Origin: Spirochaetia bacterium
Lineage (GTDB): Bacteria > Spirochaetota > Spirochaetia > SZUA-6 > Bin103
Direction of reading: 5' to 3'
DNA: 64,000 nucleotides
NCBI GenBank assembly: GCA_965203515.1
Contig: OZ241907.1
Span: forward strand, 1,312,001 to 1,376,000
Shown here: positions 48,393-58,494 of the stretch, one piece after another
Layout of the letters: every line of letters begins with the position of its first letter
Numbering within the stretch: the first letter of the stretch is position 1
The notes under the pieces: generated by a model
Databases searched by the model: none
What the model saw: only the letters and a program-made list of their open reading frames with translations
What the model was told of the DNA's origin: nothing
Translations under genes and position numbers: made by a program

Positions 48393-49550
48393 ATGAACTA
48401 CTCGGAACCCAGCTTCACGTTCGGCATCGAGGAGGAGTACCTCCTCATCGACCGCGCCTCCCGCGATCTGGCCGCCGACCCGCGCCCCGAGATGATGGAG
48501 GCGTGCCGCGCCGCGCTCGGCAGCTCGGTCGGCCCGGAGTTCCTGCGCTCGCAGATCGAGGTCGCCACCGGGGTCTGCAGTGACCCGGGCGAGGCGCGCC
48601 GGCAACTGGCCGACCTGCGCGGCACCGTCGATCGGATCGTCGGCCGCTTCGACTGCGCGCTGGTCGCCGCCGCCACCCATCCGTTCGGGAGGTGGCAGCA
48701 GCAGAAGCCGACCGCGGCCGCCCGCTACGCGCAGATCGCGGAGGACCTGCGGCTGGTCGCGCGCCGGCTGCTCACCTGCGGCATGCACGTGCACGTCGGC
48801 ATCGAAGACCCCGAGCTGCGCATCGATCTGATGAATCAGGCGGCGTACTTCCTCCCCCACCTGCTGGCGCTGTCGTCCTCGTCGCCGTACTGGGAAGGAG
48901 CGGATACGGGGCTGATGTCCTATCGGCTCTCGGTCCTGGACGAGCTGCCGCGCTCGGGGCTGCCGGACCCGTTTCGGAGCGCTGCGGAGTACGACCGGAC
49001 GGTCGCCGCCCTGGTCGCCGCCGGCCTGATCGAGGACGCGACCAAGCTGTGGTGGGACATCCGCCCCAGCGCGCGCTTTCCCACGCTGGAGATGCGGGTC
49101 ACCGACGTCTGCACGCGGCTGGAGGACGCCCTCTGCATCGCCGCGCTGTTCCGCTGCCTGTGCCGGATGCTCTTCCGCCTGCGGCGCAACAACCAGAGCT
49201 GGCGCGTCTATTCCCGCCTGCTGGTCAATGAGAATCGATGGCGCGCCCAGCGGTACGGGAGCGATGCGGGCCTGGTCGACTTCGGCCTGGGCGAGGTGGT
49301 TCCCTACGACGAGCTGTTGTCCGAGCTGCTCGACCTGGTGGGCGAAGACGCCGCCCACTTCGACTGCGCGCAGGAGGTCGAGCGGGCGCGCGGCATCCTG
49401 GCCGAAGGGACCAGCGCCCATCGCCAGCGGGCGATCGCCCACCGCCATGGGGCGACCGGCAGCGAAGCGCAGGAGGCCGGGGCCGACTCCGCCGCCGCGC
49501 TGCGGACGGTCGTCGACTGGCTGGCCGAGCAGACGGTCGCCGGCACCTGA
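48393..49550 (+). CDS. Carboxylate-amine ligase (GCS2/YbdK)
   Basis: FGIEEE, GMHVHVG, WWDIRP...TLEMR, ENRWRA.RYG. Confidence 0.92.
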   Translation: MNYSEPSFTFGIEEEYLLIDRASRDLAADPRPEMMEACRAALGSSVGPEFLRSQIEVATGVCSDPGEARRQLADLRGTVDRIVGRFDCALVAAATHPFGRWQQQKPTAAARYAQIAEDLRLVARRLLTCGMHVHVGIEDPELRIDLMNQAAYFLPHLLALSSSSPYWEGADTGLMSYRLSVLDELPRSGLPDPFRSAAEYDRTVAALVAAGLIEDATKLWWDIRPSARFPTLEMRVTDVCTRLEDALCIAALFRCLCRMLFRLRRNNQSWRVYSRLLVNENRWRAQRYGSDAGLVDFGLGEVVPYDELLSELLDLVGEDAAHFDCAQEVERARGILAEGTSAHRQRAIAHRHGATGSEAQEAGADSAAALRTVVDWLAEQTVAGT

Positions 49551-49578
49551 TCCGGCCGCCGCCGGACCGCCGCTCAAC

Positions 49579-50658
49579 TCAAGCCGGGACGGTCTCCGGC
49601 GGCGTCACGCCCAGCGTCCGCGCGAGCTGCGCGGTGCGGTCCCAGGTCGATGCTTCGATCGCGACCGCTTCGCCGCGCTCCGCCTCCGCGCGGGCCTCGG
49701 GCTCGCCCGGGTAGAGGATCTCGTCATGGCCGGCCATCAGCCGTGACGACTTCACGTGCGGGATGAGCGCAGTCAGCTCCGCGCGGTAGAAGTCCTCGCC
49801 ACAGAACGCGGCCGGGTCCAGGAACAGCGCCAGGAACCCGTTCGCTACCCGATCGACGCCGGTCGTGCTGCATCCGGCGCCGGTCAGCGCCCCGGCCAGC
49901 ACCTCGCAGAACATCGCCAGACCGTAGCCCTTGTGTCCGCCGAACGGCAGCAGCGCGCCCGGCGGATCGGCGTCGTACGCGTTCGGGTCGGTCGACGGCC
50001 GGCCGCCGGCGTCGACCAGATGGCCGGGCGGCAGCGGCTCCCCCCGAGCGATGGCGACCTTCACCTTGCCGGCCGCGATCGAGGAGGTGGCGATGTCCAT
50101 CATCATCGGCGGTCGGTCCGGCAGCGGCGCGCCGGCGGCCAGCGGATTGGCCGACAGGCGGCGCTCGCAGCCGCCGTGCGGGGCGGTGACCAGACCGCCG
50201 CCGTGCGTGTTGGTGAACGAGAAGCAGACCAGCCCCTCCTCGGCCGCCTGCTCCATGAACTCGCCGATGCGCCCCAGGTGCGCCGCGCGGCTGATCGTCA
50301 GCACGCAGTGCCCGCCGTCGCGCGCACTCTCGATCGCCCAGTCGGTGGCGGTCCGGCCGATGTACTGGCCGAACCCGAAGTTGCCGTCGACCTGCACGAC
50401 GTGCGGCTCATCGACCACGCACTCAGCCTCCGCCGCGGGGTCGATCCAGCCCCGGTCGATCCAGTCGCAGTACTGAGCCGCGCGGATGAAGCCGTGCGAG
50501 TCGTGGCCGCGGCAGTTGGCGAGCACCAGCGAATCCGCCACGATCGCGGCGATGTGGAACGGCGCGCCCTTGGCGTGCAAGAGGCGAGTGACGTACTCGT
50601 GCAGAGGCCGGACCGCGACGGAGACCATTGCGCCGGAGGACATTGCGCCGGAGGACAT
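49579..50658 (-). CDS. Ldh_2 family (malate/lactate/ureidoglycolate) dehydrogenase
   Basis: GHDSHG, HLGR.G, DIATS, GHKGYGL, PGEPE. Confidence 0.9.
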   Translation of the reverse strand: MSSGAMSSGAMVSVAVRPLHEYVTRLLHAKGAPFHIAAIVADSLVLANCRGHDSHGFIRAAQYCDWIDRGWIDPAAEAECVVDEPHVVQVDGNFGFGQYIGRTATDWAIESARDGGHCVLTISRAAHLGRIGEFMEQAAEEGLVCFSFTNTHGGGLVTAPHGGCERRLSANPLAAGAPLPDRPPMMMDIATSSIAAGKVKVAIARGEPLPPGHLVDAGGRPSTDPNAYDADPPGALLPFGGHKGYGLAMFCEVLAGALTGAGCSTTGVDRVANGFLALFLDPAAFCGEDFYRAELTALIPHVKSSRLMAGHDEILYPGEPEARAEAERGEAVAIEASTWDRTAQLARTLGVTPPETVPA

Positions 50659-50664
50659 TGCCGC

Positions 50665-51864
50665 TTACCCGGCGACGACCGCTTCGGTCGCGGTGGTCAG
50701 CTTTTCGGCGCCGTCATCGGTGACGGCGTAGGTGTTCTCGATGCCTATCACGCCATACTCCTGGTCGGTATACTTCGGCTCCAGGGCGATCACGTTGCCC
50801 GCCTGCAGCGGCTGGTTCGAGCGCGGCCCGATCACCGGCAGCTCGTTGACCTCGAGCCCCACGCCGTGCCCGACGAAGCTCACCCGATAGCCGGCCGGCC
50901 CCATGAAGCCATCGCCCAGGCCGGTCGCCGCGGCTTCCTCCACCGCCGATCGGTAGAGCTCCGCAGGTCTCACGCCCGCCCGGAGCCGGCGCTCCAGGCC
51001 GCGCAGCAGCCGGCCGATGCGCTCGAGGATCGATGCCGCCCGATCCGGGAAGGCGCCGCGCACCGCCATCCGCGAGCAGTCGACGTGATAGCCGGTGGTG
51101 CTCATCAGAAAGTCCAGGATGATCGGCACGCCGCGCCGGATCGGGTCGCGCGTGCCGCCGTGGGAGACCCACGGATGCGGGCCGGCGCCGCCGATCGGGA
51201 ACATCGAGTTGCTCGGCACCGCGCCGTCCGGGCCGCTCACCGCGATGCCGATGCCGGTCTCCACGTCCAGGCCGCGCAGCCGTACCAGGCCGCAGTGACC
51301 GAGCGCCCGCGCCTCCGCTTCCAGCCGCGCCTGCAGGTCGCAGGGTGAGATCTCCTCCGCCAGCAGCCGGCGCAGCGGATCGGCGAACAGCAACGGATGG
51401 AGGCGGGCGGCGTCGCGGAATCGATCGAGCTCCCACTCGCTCTTGCGCGAGCGCACCGCCAGGAGCTGAGGCGAGCAGTCGACGATCTCCGCATCGTCGC
51501 CAAACACCCGCCGGTAGGTATGCCAGAGGCCGACCGGCAGCACGTCGAGCTCCATGCCGATCCGCCACGGGGGCTTCCCGCAGAGCTCCCGCACGTGATC
51601 GGGAAGCTCCCGGAAGCTGCGCAGCGGGACGATGTCCCGGATCGGGGAGTCGGCCTGCGCGGTCTCCCGCACCTTGCGCACCAGCAGGCGGGGCAAGCCG
51701 CGGGCCGGCAGCGCCAGATGGCACTGCTGGACGGTGCCGCTCAGGTAGAAGAGATCCGCCTTCTGCACGACCAGCAGCAGGTCGACCGGCGGGTCCGCGC
51801 CGGCCAGCTCGGCCTGCACCGCGCGCACGCGGCGATCGATCTCCGTACCGGGGACGCTCGACAT
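50665..51864 (-). CDS. M24 Xaa-Pro peptidase family protein
   Basis: KSEWE, D...GY.VDCSR, GHGVGLE, EPK, GIEN. Confidence 0.88.
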   Translation of the reverse strand: MSSVPGTEIDRRVRAVQAELAGADPPVDLLLVVQKADLFYLSGTVQQCHLALPARGLPRLLVRKVRETAQADSPIRDIVPLRSFRELPDHVRELCGKPPWRIGMELDVLPVGLWHTYRRVFGDDAEIVDCSPQLLAVRSRKSEWELDRFRDAARLHPLLFADPLRRLLAEEISPCDLQARLEAEARALGHCGLVRLRGLDVETGIGIAVSGPDGAVPSNSMFPIGGAGPHPWVSHGGTRDPIRRGVPIILDFLMSTTGYHVDCSRMAVRGAFPDRAASILERIGRLLRGLERRLRAGVRPAELYRSAVEEAAATGLGDGFMGPAGYRVSFVGHGVGLEVNELPVIGPRSNQPLQAGNVIALEPKYTDQEYGVIGIENTYAVTDDGAEKLTTATEAVVAG

Positions 51865-51876
51865 CGGTTGAACCGC

Positions 51877-52704
51877 CTACGCTCGATCGATCTCGCGCAT
51901 CGCGGCGCGGAACCGGGCCATCGTCCGCCGCGCGCCGCCGACCACGTGGTCGACGTCGTCGCCCACGCCGAACCAGCGCATGCCGCGGGAGGCCCACTCC
52001 TTCACCGCATCCCAGTCCGGGCCGAGTGAGGCGCCCAGGTAGAGGTCGCGTCCGGCGCACTTGTCGAGCAGGGTGTCGATCATGCCGCGCACCTGCGGAT
52101 CATCGTAGCGGCCCAGCTTGCCGACCGAGCCGCTCAGATCGTTGCGGCCCAGGCAGATGCCGTCCAGTCCCGGCGTCTCCAGCAGCGCGTCCAGATCGTC
52201 GACCGCATCGACGTGCTCGACCTGGACGATCACCATCACCTGCCGCGCGGCCTGCTCCAGATACTCGTCGAACCCCAGTCGGCCGTGGCCCATGTTGCGG
52301 ATCGGACCGAAGCCGCGCACGCCGGCCGGCGGATAGCGGCAGGCCGCCACGGCGGCCGCGGCCTCCTGGGCGGAACGGATCAGCGGCACCACGATCGCCG
52401 CAGGCGCCATGTCGACGTACGGCTTGATCACGGCGGGATCGTTGACCGGCACGCGCACCAACGGCGCGACGCCGGTGCCGCGCACCGTCAGGACGTGCGC
52501 CATCACGTCCCTGGTGGTCTGGTACGCGTGCTCGTTCTCCACCCAGACGAAGTCGTAGCCGGCCTCGACGGCGATCTCGCTGACGATCGGATCCGGCAGG
52601 GTGACGCTCATGCCAAGGCAGACGTGACCGTCATCCATGCGCCGGCGGAATCGCTCGACCGCGTTGATCGAGGTGGGGTCCGGTTCGTTCGGAGAAGCGT
52701 CCAT
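51877..52704 (-). CDS. HpcH/HpaI aldolase family protein
   Basis: GYDFVWVENEH, PLVRVP, YPPAGVRG, QVE, G.NDLS. Confidence 0.9.
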   Translation of the reverse strand: MDASPNEPDPTSINAVERFRRRMDDGHVCLGMSVTLPDPIVSEIAVEAGYDFVWVENEHAYQTTRDVMAHVLTVRGTGVAPLVRVPVNDPAVIKPYVDMAPAAIVVPLIRSAQEAAAAVAACRYPPAGVRGFGPIRNMGHGRLGFDEYLEQAARQVMVIVQVEHVDAVDDLDALLETPGLDGICLGRNDLSGSVGKLGRYDDPQVRGMIDTLLDKCAGRDLYLGASLGPDWDAVKEWASRGMRWFGVGDDVDHVVGGARRTMARFRAAMREIDRA

Positions 52705-52794
52705 GGACTTGACCTGCCTGCGCGGAGTCTATCGACAGACTCTAGCGGCGGCCACCGGCACGCGGACAGAGGGCCGCCCACGCCCCATACGACA

Positions 52795-52821
52795 GAGGCC
52801 GCACCCGACGGGTGCGGCCTC
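52795..52821 (-). terminator. Perfect 12-bp GC stem-loop downstream of the SBP gene
   Basis: GAGGCCGCACCC-gac-GGGTGCGGCCTC; weak U tail. Confidence 0.55.
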
Positions 52822-52853
52822 CGCAAGCGGCGCGCAGCGCGAACGGCTGCGGG

Positions 52854-54740
52854 CTACTCCTTGAGGAAGACGGCCGGCTTCACCGTCCGGTTGAGCGGGC
52901 CGTTGAAGTTGCCCAGCTTGGGGTGCAGCAGGAAGATGCGCGGCGCGAACGCCGTCCAGCCGACCGACCAGACGTCGGCGATCGCGCGGCGCTGCCATTC
53001 CTTGTACGCCTCGGCCATCTCTTCGTCGGTGGCGGCGCGCTGGATCCGCTTCCACACCTCGTGGTTGTCCTTGATGCGCTGCGGCGGCTCCTCGCCCTCG
53101 GCGCCGTCGGTCCGCAGCCATGCCTGCCAGCCCTTCGCCCACGGGCGGCCGAAGTTCGAGGACGGAGCGGCGCTGGAGAGCCGGTCCGGCACCTGATTGT
53201 CCCAGGCGTCGGCGCTCTGCTGCTGCCAGATCTCCCACTCGTTGGTCTGCGCGAAGTCGCCCGACTGCTCCCAGCCGACCACGCGATGGTTGCCCTTGAA
53301 GCCGATCGCCGGCAGCTCCTCGACCAGCATCTGCGCCGCGATCTCCCACTCGCCGGCATGCGGCTCGGACGTGATCAGAAAGGTGATAGGTCTGCCGTCC
53401 GGCCCCAGCCGGAACCCGTCCGCATCCTTGTTGGTCAGCCCGATCTGGTCCAGGAGCCGGTTGGCCATGTCCAGGTCGCGCCTCAGCAGCGGCGTGGAGA
53501 GCGCTTCCGGCACGAACCACGGGTGGTCCTGCTTGACGATGCCCTGCACCTTGAGGGTCGCCTGCCCGGCGTACAGCACGTCGTTGAGCTCCTGCCGCGG
53601 GATGAAGTGCGACCATGCCTGACGGAAGCGGATGTCCCGGAACAGACCGCGCTTGAACTCGTCGTCGGTGTCCAGGTTGAAGAACGTCAGGTTCGAGCTG
53701 TAGGCGGCGCCCGGACGGGGCAGCACCTCCATCCGCACCCGGCCTTCGTCAGCGGCGCGCTTGGCCAGCTGCAGGCTGTCCAGCGGCACCGTGGTCGACC
53801 AGTGCAATCCCTGCAGCGCGCGCAGCTTGCGAGCTTCGGGGTCCCCGATCAGGAACGTCCGAAATCCGCGGTTGTACGGCAGTTGCTGGTTCGCCTCGTC
53901 GACCGCCCACCAGTAGGGGTTGGACACGTACTCGGCCGGATCCGCCGGCGGCGGCTTGGCGACCACGAACGGCGAGAGCTGCGGTGCGTCCGGATTGGTA
54001 TTGATCACCCGGTCGCGCGCCCAGAACAGGAGCTGATGCCAGTTTTCGAACGGCGACTCCTCAACGCGAGCCGCCAGCGTGCCGGCATCGGTGTACGTGG
54101 GGTGGAACTGGCTGAGATACGCCTTGCTCTGCGCCATGAAGTGGCGCTCGGCACGGTCCCCGGTCAGGATCAGGTCGTAGTTCGGCGATGGCTCCTGCAA
54201 CGTGACGCGCATGGTGTAGTCATCGATCGCCTCGGCGACCGATCCCGGCAGGATGCCCTGATGCGGGGCCGCCGCGCCCGACGCCTCCCGGTAGAGGTCG
54301 TTGAGCTCCAGGTCGTACCACCAGAACAGCACGTCGTGCACGGTGAACGGCGAGCCGTCGGAGAACTTCATCCCCTCACGGAAGTAGAACGTCCAGACCG
54401 TGTGATCGTCGTTCGATTCCACGTCCAGCAGCCCATACGGCTCCTTGCTCCCCGGGAAGACCGGCATGGTGTAGTCGGTCGGTCCCTGGATGTTGGGCAC
54501 GTCCGGCGCGTCGCCGGTGGAAAACTCGTCGGTGTAGCGGCCGACCTCGACCATCCCCGTGACGCCGCCGTTCAGGTAGACGTACGGCTGGATCGGCAGC
54601 CGTTCGGCGACCGGCGGCAGCTCGCCGCGGGCGACCGCCTCGGCGAACCACGGCGCCTCCCGGTATTGCTGTCCGATGGCGGTGCCGCCGCCGATGGCGA
54701 TCAGCGACGCGGCCGCGAGTAGTGCTGTGAATCTTCGCAC
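52854..54740 (-). CDS. ABC transporter substrate-binding protein (family 5)
   Basis: Signal peptide, GELPPVAERLP, KFSDG.PF, NPYWWAVD..NQQLPY. Confidence 0.88.
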   Translation of the reverse strand: MRRFTALLAAASLIAIGGGTAIGQQYREAPWFAEAVARGELPPVAERLPIQPYVYLNGGVTGMVEVGRYTDEFSTGDAPDVPNIQGPTDYTMPVFPGSKEPYGLLDVESNDDHTVWTFYFREGMKFSDGSPFTVHDVLFWWYDLELNDLYREASGAAAPHQGILPGSVAEAIDDYTMRVTLQEPSPNYDLILTGDRAERHFMAQSKAYLSQFHPTYTDAGTLAARVEESPFENWHQLLFWARDRVINTNPDAPQLSPFVVAKPPPADPAEYVSNPYWWAVDEANQQLPYNRGFRTFLIGDPEARKLRALQGLHWSTTVPLDSLQLAKRAADEGRVRMEVLPRPGAAYSSNLTFFNLDTDDEFKRGLFRDIRFRQAWSHFIPRQELNDVLYAGQATLKVQGIVKQDHPWFVPEALSTPLLRRDLDMANRLLDQIGLTNKDADGFRLGPDGRPITFLITSEPHAGEWEIAAQMLVEELPAIGFKGNHRVVGWEQSGDFAQTNEWEIWQQQSADAWDNQVPDRLSSAAPSSNFGRPWAKGWQAWLRTDGAEGEEPPQRIKDNHEVWKRIQRAATDEEMAEAYKEWQRRAIADVWSVGWTAFAPRIFLLHPKLGNFNGPLNRTVKPAVFLKE

Positions 54741-54827
54741 GATTCCGCTCCTCCTTCTCAGGTCAGGTGTGAGTGCCTTTGATTCAATCAGGATCGGCGC
54801 CCGGCGGCAACCCCGCTCCCCGCCGGA

Positions 54828-55823
54828 CTACTCGGCGACCCGTATGCGCGGGTCGAGCACTCCCAACAACAGGTCGGAGATCAGCGTGCCGATCACCGTC
54901 AGCGTCGACAGCAGCATGACGATGGCGCCGGCGACCTGCGTGTCCTGGTTCAGCACGCCCTCCAGCATCAGCGGACCGATCGTGGGGAGGCCCAGGACCA
55001 CGGCCACCAGCACCTCGCCGCTGACCAGGGTGGGCAGCAGCCAGCCGATGCCGGAAACCCACGGGTTGGCCGCCATGCGGATCGGGTACTTGATCAGCAG
55101 CCTGGTCTCCGGCACCCCCTTGGCGCGCGCGGTGGTCACGAACGGCTGGCGAAGCTGGTCCAGCACGTTGGCGCGGATCGAGCGGAGCCCGCCGCCGATC
55201 GACTCGAACCCCAGGATCACCAGCGGCATCCAGATGTGCTTGAGAAAGTCCAGGAACTTCGCCCAACCCCACGGCTCGTCGATCATGTCGGGCGAGAACA
55301 GGCCCCCCGGCACGAAGTCGATCAGCTCGTAGGACAGCACCATCAGTACCAGGGCGAACAGGAAGTTGGGCACCGCCATCATCACGAAGGCGGTGAAGCT
55401 GAACACGTTGTCGAACAACGCATACTGCCGGATCGCCGCGCCCACCCCCGCAGGCCAGCTCACCGCCGTGCCGATCAGCACGACCATCAACGTCACCATG
55501 ACCGTCAGCAGGATCCGCCCCTGGACCACGGTGCGCACCGGCAGGTCCCAGTAGAACGAGTGGCCCCAGCTTCCGCGCAGGAAGTCGCGCGCCCACTTCA
55601 GGTACCGGACGTGAAACGGCTGCCCGTAGCCGAAGCGCCGCCGCAACGCCTCCAGCATCTCGGTGGCATCCCCGCGAAACTCCTCACCCATGCGCTCCAG
55701 CCGGGACACGTAGGCGCTGGCCATGTCTCCCTCCGGCAACTCCACCACCAGAAAGGCCAGAAACGAGATCATGATCAGGGTCGGTATCGCGATCGCGACC
55801 CGGCGGATGACGTAGCCCAACAT
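54828..55823 (-). CDS. Opp/Dpp ABC permease (B-type)
   Basis: ARAKG, LDPRIR. Confidence 0.92.
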   Translation of the reverse strand: MLGYVIRRVAIAIPTLIMISFLAFLVVELPEGDMASAYVSRLERMGEEFRGDATEMLEALRRRFGYGQPFHVRYLKWARDFLRGSWGHSFYWDLPVRTVVQGRILLTVMVTLMVVLIGTAVSWPAGVGAAIRQYALFDNVFSFTAFVMMAVPNFLFALVLMVLSYELIDFVPGGLFSPDMIDEPWGWAKFLDFLKHIWMPLVILGFESIGGGLRSIRANVLDQLRQPFVTTARAKGVPETRLLIKYPIRMAANPWVSGIGWLLPTLVSGEVLVAVVLGLPTIGPLMLEGVLNQDTQVAGAIVMLLSTLTVIGTLISDLLLGVLDPRIRVAE

Positions 55824-55845
55824 CGCCTTTCCCTGCCCTCTGTCC

Positions 55846-57057
55846 CTACCGGTACGGATCGACGGCGTCGCGCAGGCCGTCGCCGATGAACTGAAACGCC
55901 ACGACGGTGACGATTACCAGCAACGCCGGCAGCAGCAGCCACGGGTGCAGGACGACCGATTCGGTGTTCTGCGCGCCCTGCAGCAGCACGCCCCAACTGA
56001 CCGCCGGCGGCCGCAGCCCCACCCCCAGGAAGCTGAGCGCCGTCTCTCCCAGGATCATCTGCGGAATGCGGTTGGAGGCGTCGACGACCAGATGGCTGGC
56101 GAAGCCGGGCAGCATGTGCCGGAAGAGCTGGCGGTGGACCGGCGCGCCGTCCAGCTTGGCCGCCAGCACGTACTCCTCCTCGCGCAGCGCCAGGAACTTG
56201 CTGCGCACGGCGCGCGCCAGGCCGGTCCAGCCCAGGATCGACAACACCATGGTGATCGCGAAGTAGACCTGCACGATTTCCCAATCCAGCGGCAGCGCGC
56301 CGGCCAGCGCGATCCAGAGCGGCAGTGACGGAACCGACATCAGCACCTCGATGAAGCGGTTGACGACGTTGTCGACGACACCGCCGAAGTAGCCGGCGAT
56401 GGAGCCGATCAGGATGCCGAGCGTCCAGGTGATGGCGATCGCCAGGATGCCGATCGACAGCGAGAGGATCGAGCCGTGCACCATCCGCGAGTAGATGCAG
56501 CGGCCGCTCTGGTCGGTGCCGAGCGGAAACCAGCGGACGTCCGGGTCGCCGGTGCCGAGCAGGTGCAGGTCGGCGTCGATGAAGAACAGCAGCTTGTACG
56601 GATAGCCGCGCACGAACAGCCGCAACGGGCGCTCCGACCCTTCGACGCGCACGTAGACCCGCTGGAAGAGCTCGAAGTCGAGCTTGCTGGTCACCCGATA
56701 GACTACCGGACGAAAGTTGCGCTGCTCGTCGAACAGGCTGAAGGAGACGTCCTGGCCGCTGAACACCCACGGCTGCAGCTGGATGTCGGTGTTGCGCTCG
56801 ATCGGATCGTTGATCGCGAAGAAGCCGTTGAATACGGCGACGCAATAGAATACGACCACCACGCCCAGGCCCCACATCGCCCACCGGTGCGCGCGGAACT
56901 TGAGCCAGATGAGCTGCCACTGCGTCGCGGTGAAGTACGCTTCCCGCTGCTCGGCCTCGGTCAGCCGTCGGCGGCGAAAGATGCCGCCCGGCCGCTGGCG
57001 GGCCGACGGGCCGGCGACGACGCTGGCCGGGGCGTCGCGCACGGTTGGTTCGGCCAT
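55846..57057 (-). CDS. Opp/Dpp ABC permease (C-type)
   Basis: GTDQSGR, ETALSFLGVG, GDGLRDAVDP. Confidence 0.92.
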   Translation of the reverse strand: MAEPTVRDAPASVVAGPSARQRPGGIFRRRRLTEAEQREAYFTATQWQLIWLKFRAHRWAMWGLGVVVVFYCVAVFNGFFAINDPIERNTDIQLQPWVFSGQDVSFSLFDEQRNFRPVVYRVTSKLDFELFQRVYVRVEGSERPLRLFVRGYPYKLLFFIDADLHLLGTGDPDVRWFPLGTDQSGRCIYSRMVHGSILSLSIGILAIAITWTLGILIGSIAGYFGGVVDNVVNRFIEVLMSVPSLPLWIALAGALPLDWEIVQVYFAITMVLSILGWTGLARAVRSKFLALREEEYVLAAKLDGAPVHRQLFRHMLPGFASHLVVDASNRIPQMILGETALSFLGVGLRPPAVSWGVLLQGAQNTESVVLHPWLLLPALLVIVTVVAFQFIGDGLRDAVDPYR

Positions 57058-57117
57058 CGGCGAACCCGATTAGACCATCGCGCGGCGCCGCCGGTCAAAT
57101 CCGAACGGCCGGAGCGC

Positions 57118-57960
57118 CTATCCGCGCGCGGGCTCGGTCATCTCCGCGCGCTTGCGGCGCGACAGCTCGGCCAGGTGCCCGTCGTTGGCCAGCACCTGCT
57201 CCAGGTGGACCATGCGCTCCGGGCCGGCGGTTCGCACCATCGCTTCGCCGTACGCCCGTTCCAGCCAGAAGCGGGCGGAATGGCCGATGTACTCGCGCAA
57301 CTCGTCCAGCCGCTCGTCCGGGTAGCGCGTATGGCAGTTGATCGTGAACATGCGGCGGCGCGCGCCGCCGCCGAAGGCGGCGTGCTTCATGTTGTGGTTG
57401 AAGCAGACGACGTCGCCGGGCTGCGACTCCAGCGCGTACGCCGGCACGTCGCGCCCCTCGATCCCCCACCGCGGCGCGCTCTCCCGGATCTGCTCCTGCA
57501 GCAGGTCGGCGTAGGCTTCGCCGGGCCGATGACTGCCCGGTATGACCCGCAGCGCGCCGGTGTCGCGCGTCACCGGGTCCAGGTACAAGGCGATCTTGAT
57601 CGACGGCGGTCGGTTCGCGTACCAGCCGTCCGAGTGCCAGCGCGTGTCGCCGGCGTAGTAGTTTCCGTCGCTGCCGGCGTATACGAAGTCTTCGCCCAGC
57701 AGACCGGCGGCGATGTCGTGGATGCGCGGATCGTCGAGCAGGGCCGACAGCCGCTCGCTCCGGTCTATGAAGGGAACGAGGCAGGAACGCTGCCGGCCGT
57801 CATGCGGCCGGCCGTGATGGCCCCCGCCGTGCCGCTCCCAGACCGCCTCGAAGTGATCGATGATCTCATCGATGCAGTCCGCCAGCAGGCCGGGAAACCG
57901 CAGAAACCCGAATGCGTCGAAGAACGCCTTCTGTCGATCGCTCAGTCGCGTCTGCGCCAT
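57118..57960 (-). CDS. Phytanoyl-CoA dioxygenase family protein
   Basis: WHSD, GALRVIPGSH, PGDVVCFNH..KH; AGGAGG RBS. Confidence 0.88.
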   Translation of the reverse strand: MAQTRLSDRQKAFFDAFGFLRFPGLLADCIDEIIDHFEAVWERHGGGHHGRPHDGRQRSCLVPFIDRSERLSALLDDPRIHDIAAGLLGEDFVYAGSDGNYYAGDTRWHSDGWYANRPPSIKIALYLDPVTRDTGALRVIPGSHRPGEAYADLLQEQIRESAPRWGIEGRDVPAYALESQPGDVVCFNHNMKHAAFGGGARRRMFTINCHTRYPDERLDELREYIGHSARFWLERAYGEAMVRTAGPERMVHLEQVLANDGHLAELSRRKRAEMTEPARG

Positions 57961-57971
57961 GACCGCCTCCT

Positions 57972-58478
57972 TCACGCGTTGCCGGCAAGGGCCGCGATCA
58001 CGCGGCGGCGCAGCAGGTACTGAAGCTCCGCCGCGCCGGGGTGCGGCGTGCCCGGCGCCTCCAGGCAGGCCAGCGATGCCTTCGACAGATCGATCGGCGC
58101 GGCGTGCAGACCGCCGATCAGCGCCCCCACCAGCGCCCCGAGCGTGGGCTGGTGGCCCACCAGCATCACCGACGGCGTGTCGGCGGGGATCGCGTCGAGC
58201 ACGTCGCCCGCGTATGCGCCGGGGGCAAGGCGGTCGAGCACCCGGATCGGCGGGCGGCGCCGCTTGCCGGCCATCGCCTCGACGGCGAGCGCGGCGGTCT
58301 CCCGCGCGCGCGGCAACGGGCTGGTAAGGACGACCGCCGGGACGCCGCCGAGCACGCGCAGCGCGGCGCCGACGCGCGCCGCCTGGCGCCGGCCCTTCAC
58401 GGTGAGCCGCCGCCCGGCGTCCGCCTCTCCCACCGCCGCCGGCTCGGCATCGCCGTGGCGTACGACGTAGATGCGCAT
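57972..58478 (-). CDS. sixA: Phosphohistidine phosphatase SixA
   Basis: RHGDA, R.LT..G, SPL.RA.ETA, VGHQP. Confidence 0.88.
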   Translation of the reverse strand: MRIYVVRHGDAEPAAVGEADAGRRLTVKGRRQAARVGAALRVLGGVPAVVLTSPLPRARETAALAVEAMAGKRRRPPIRVLDRLAPGAYAGDVLDAIPADTPSVMLVGHQPTLGALVGALIGGLHAAPIDLSKASLACLEAPGTPHPGAAELQYLLRRRVIAALAGNA

Positions 58479-58494
58479 CGGTCCCCGCCTCATC

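Noticed and set aside
50626..50660. 15-bp tandem duplication giving MSSGAMSSGAM
   Set aside because: Small slippage event at the gene start with no evident function
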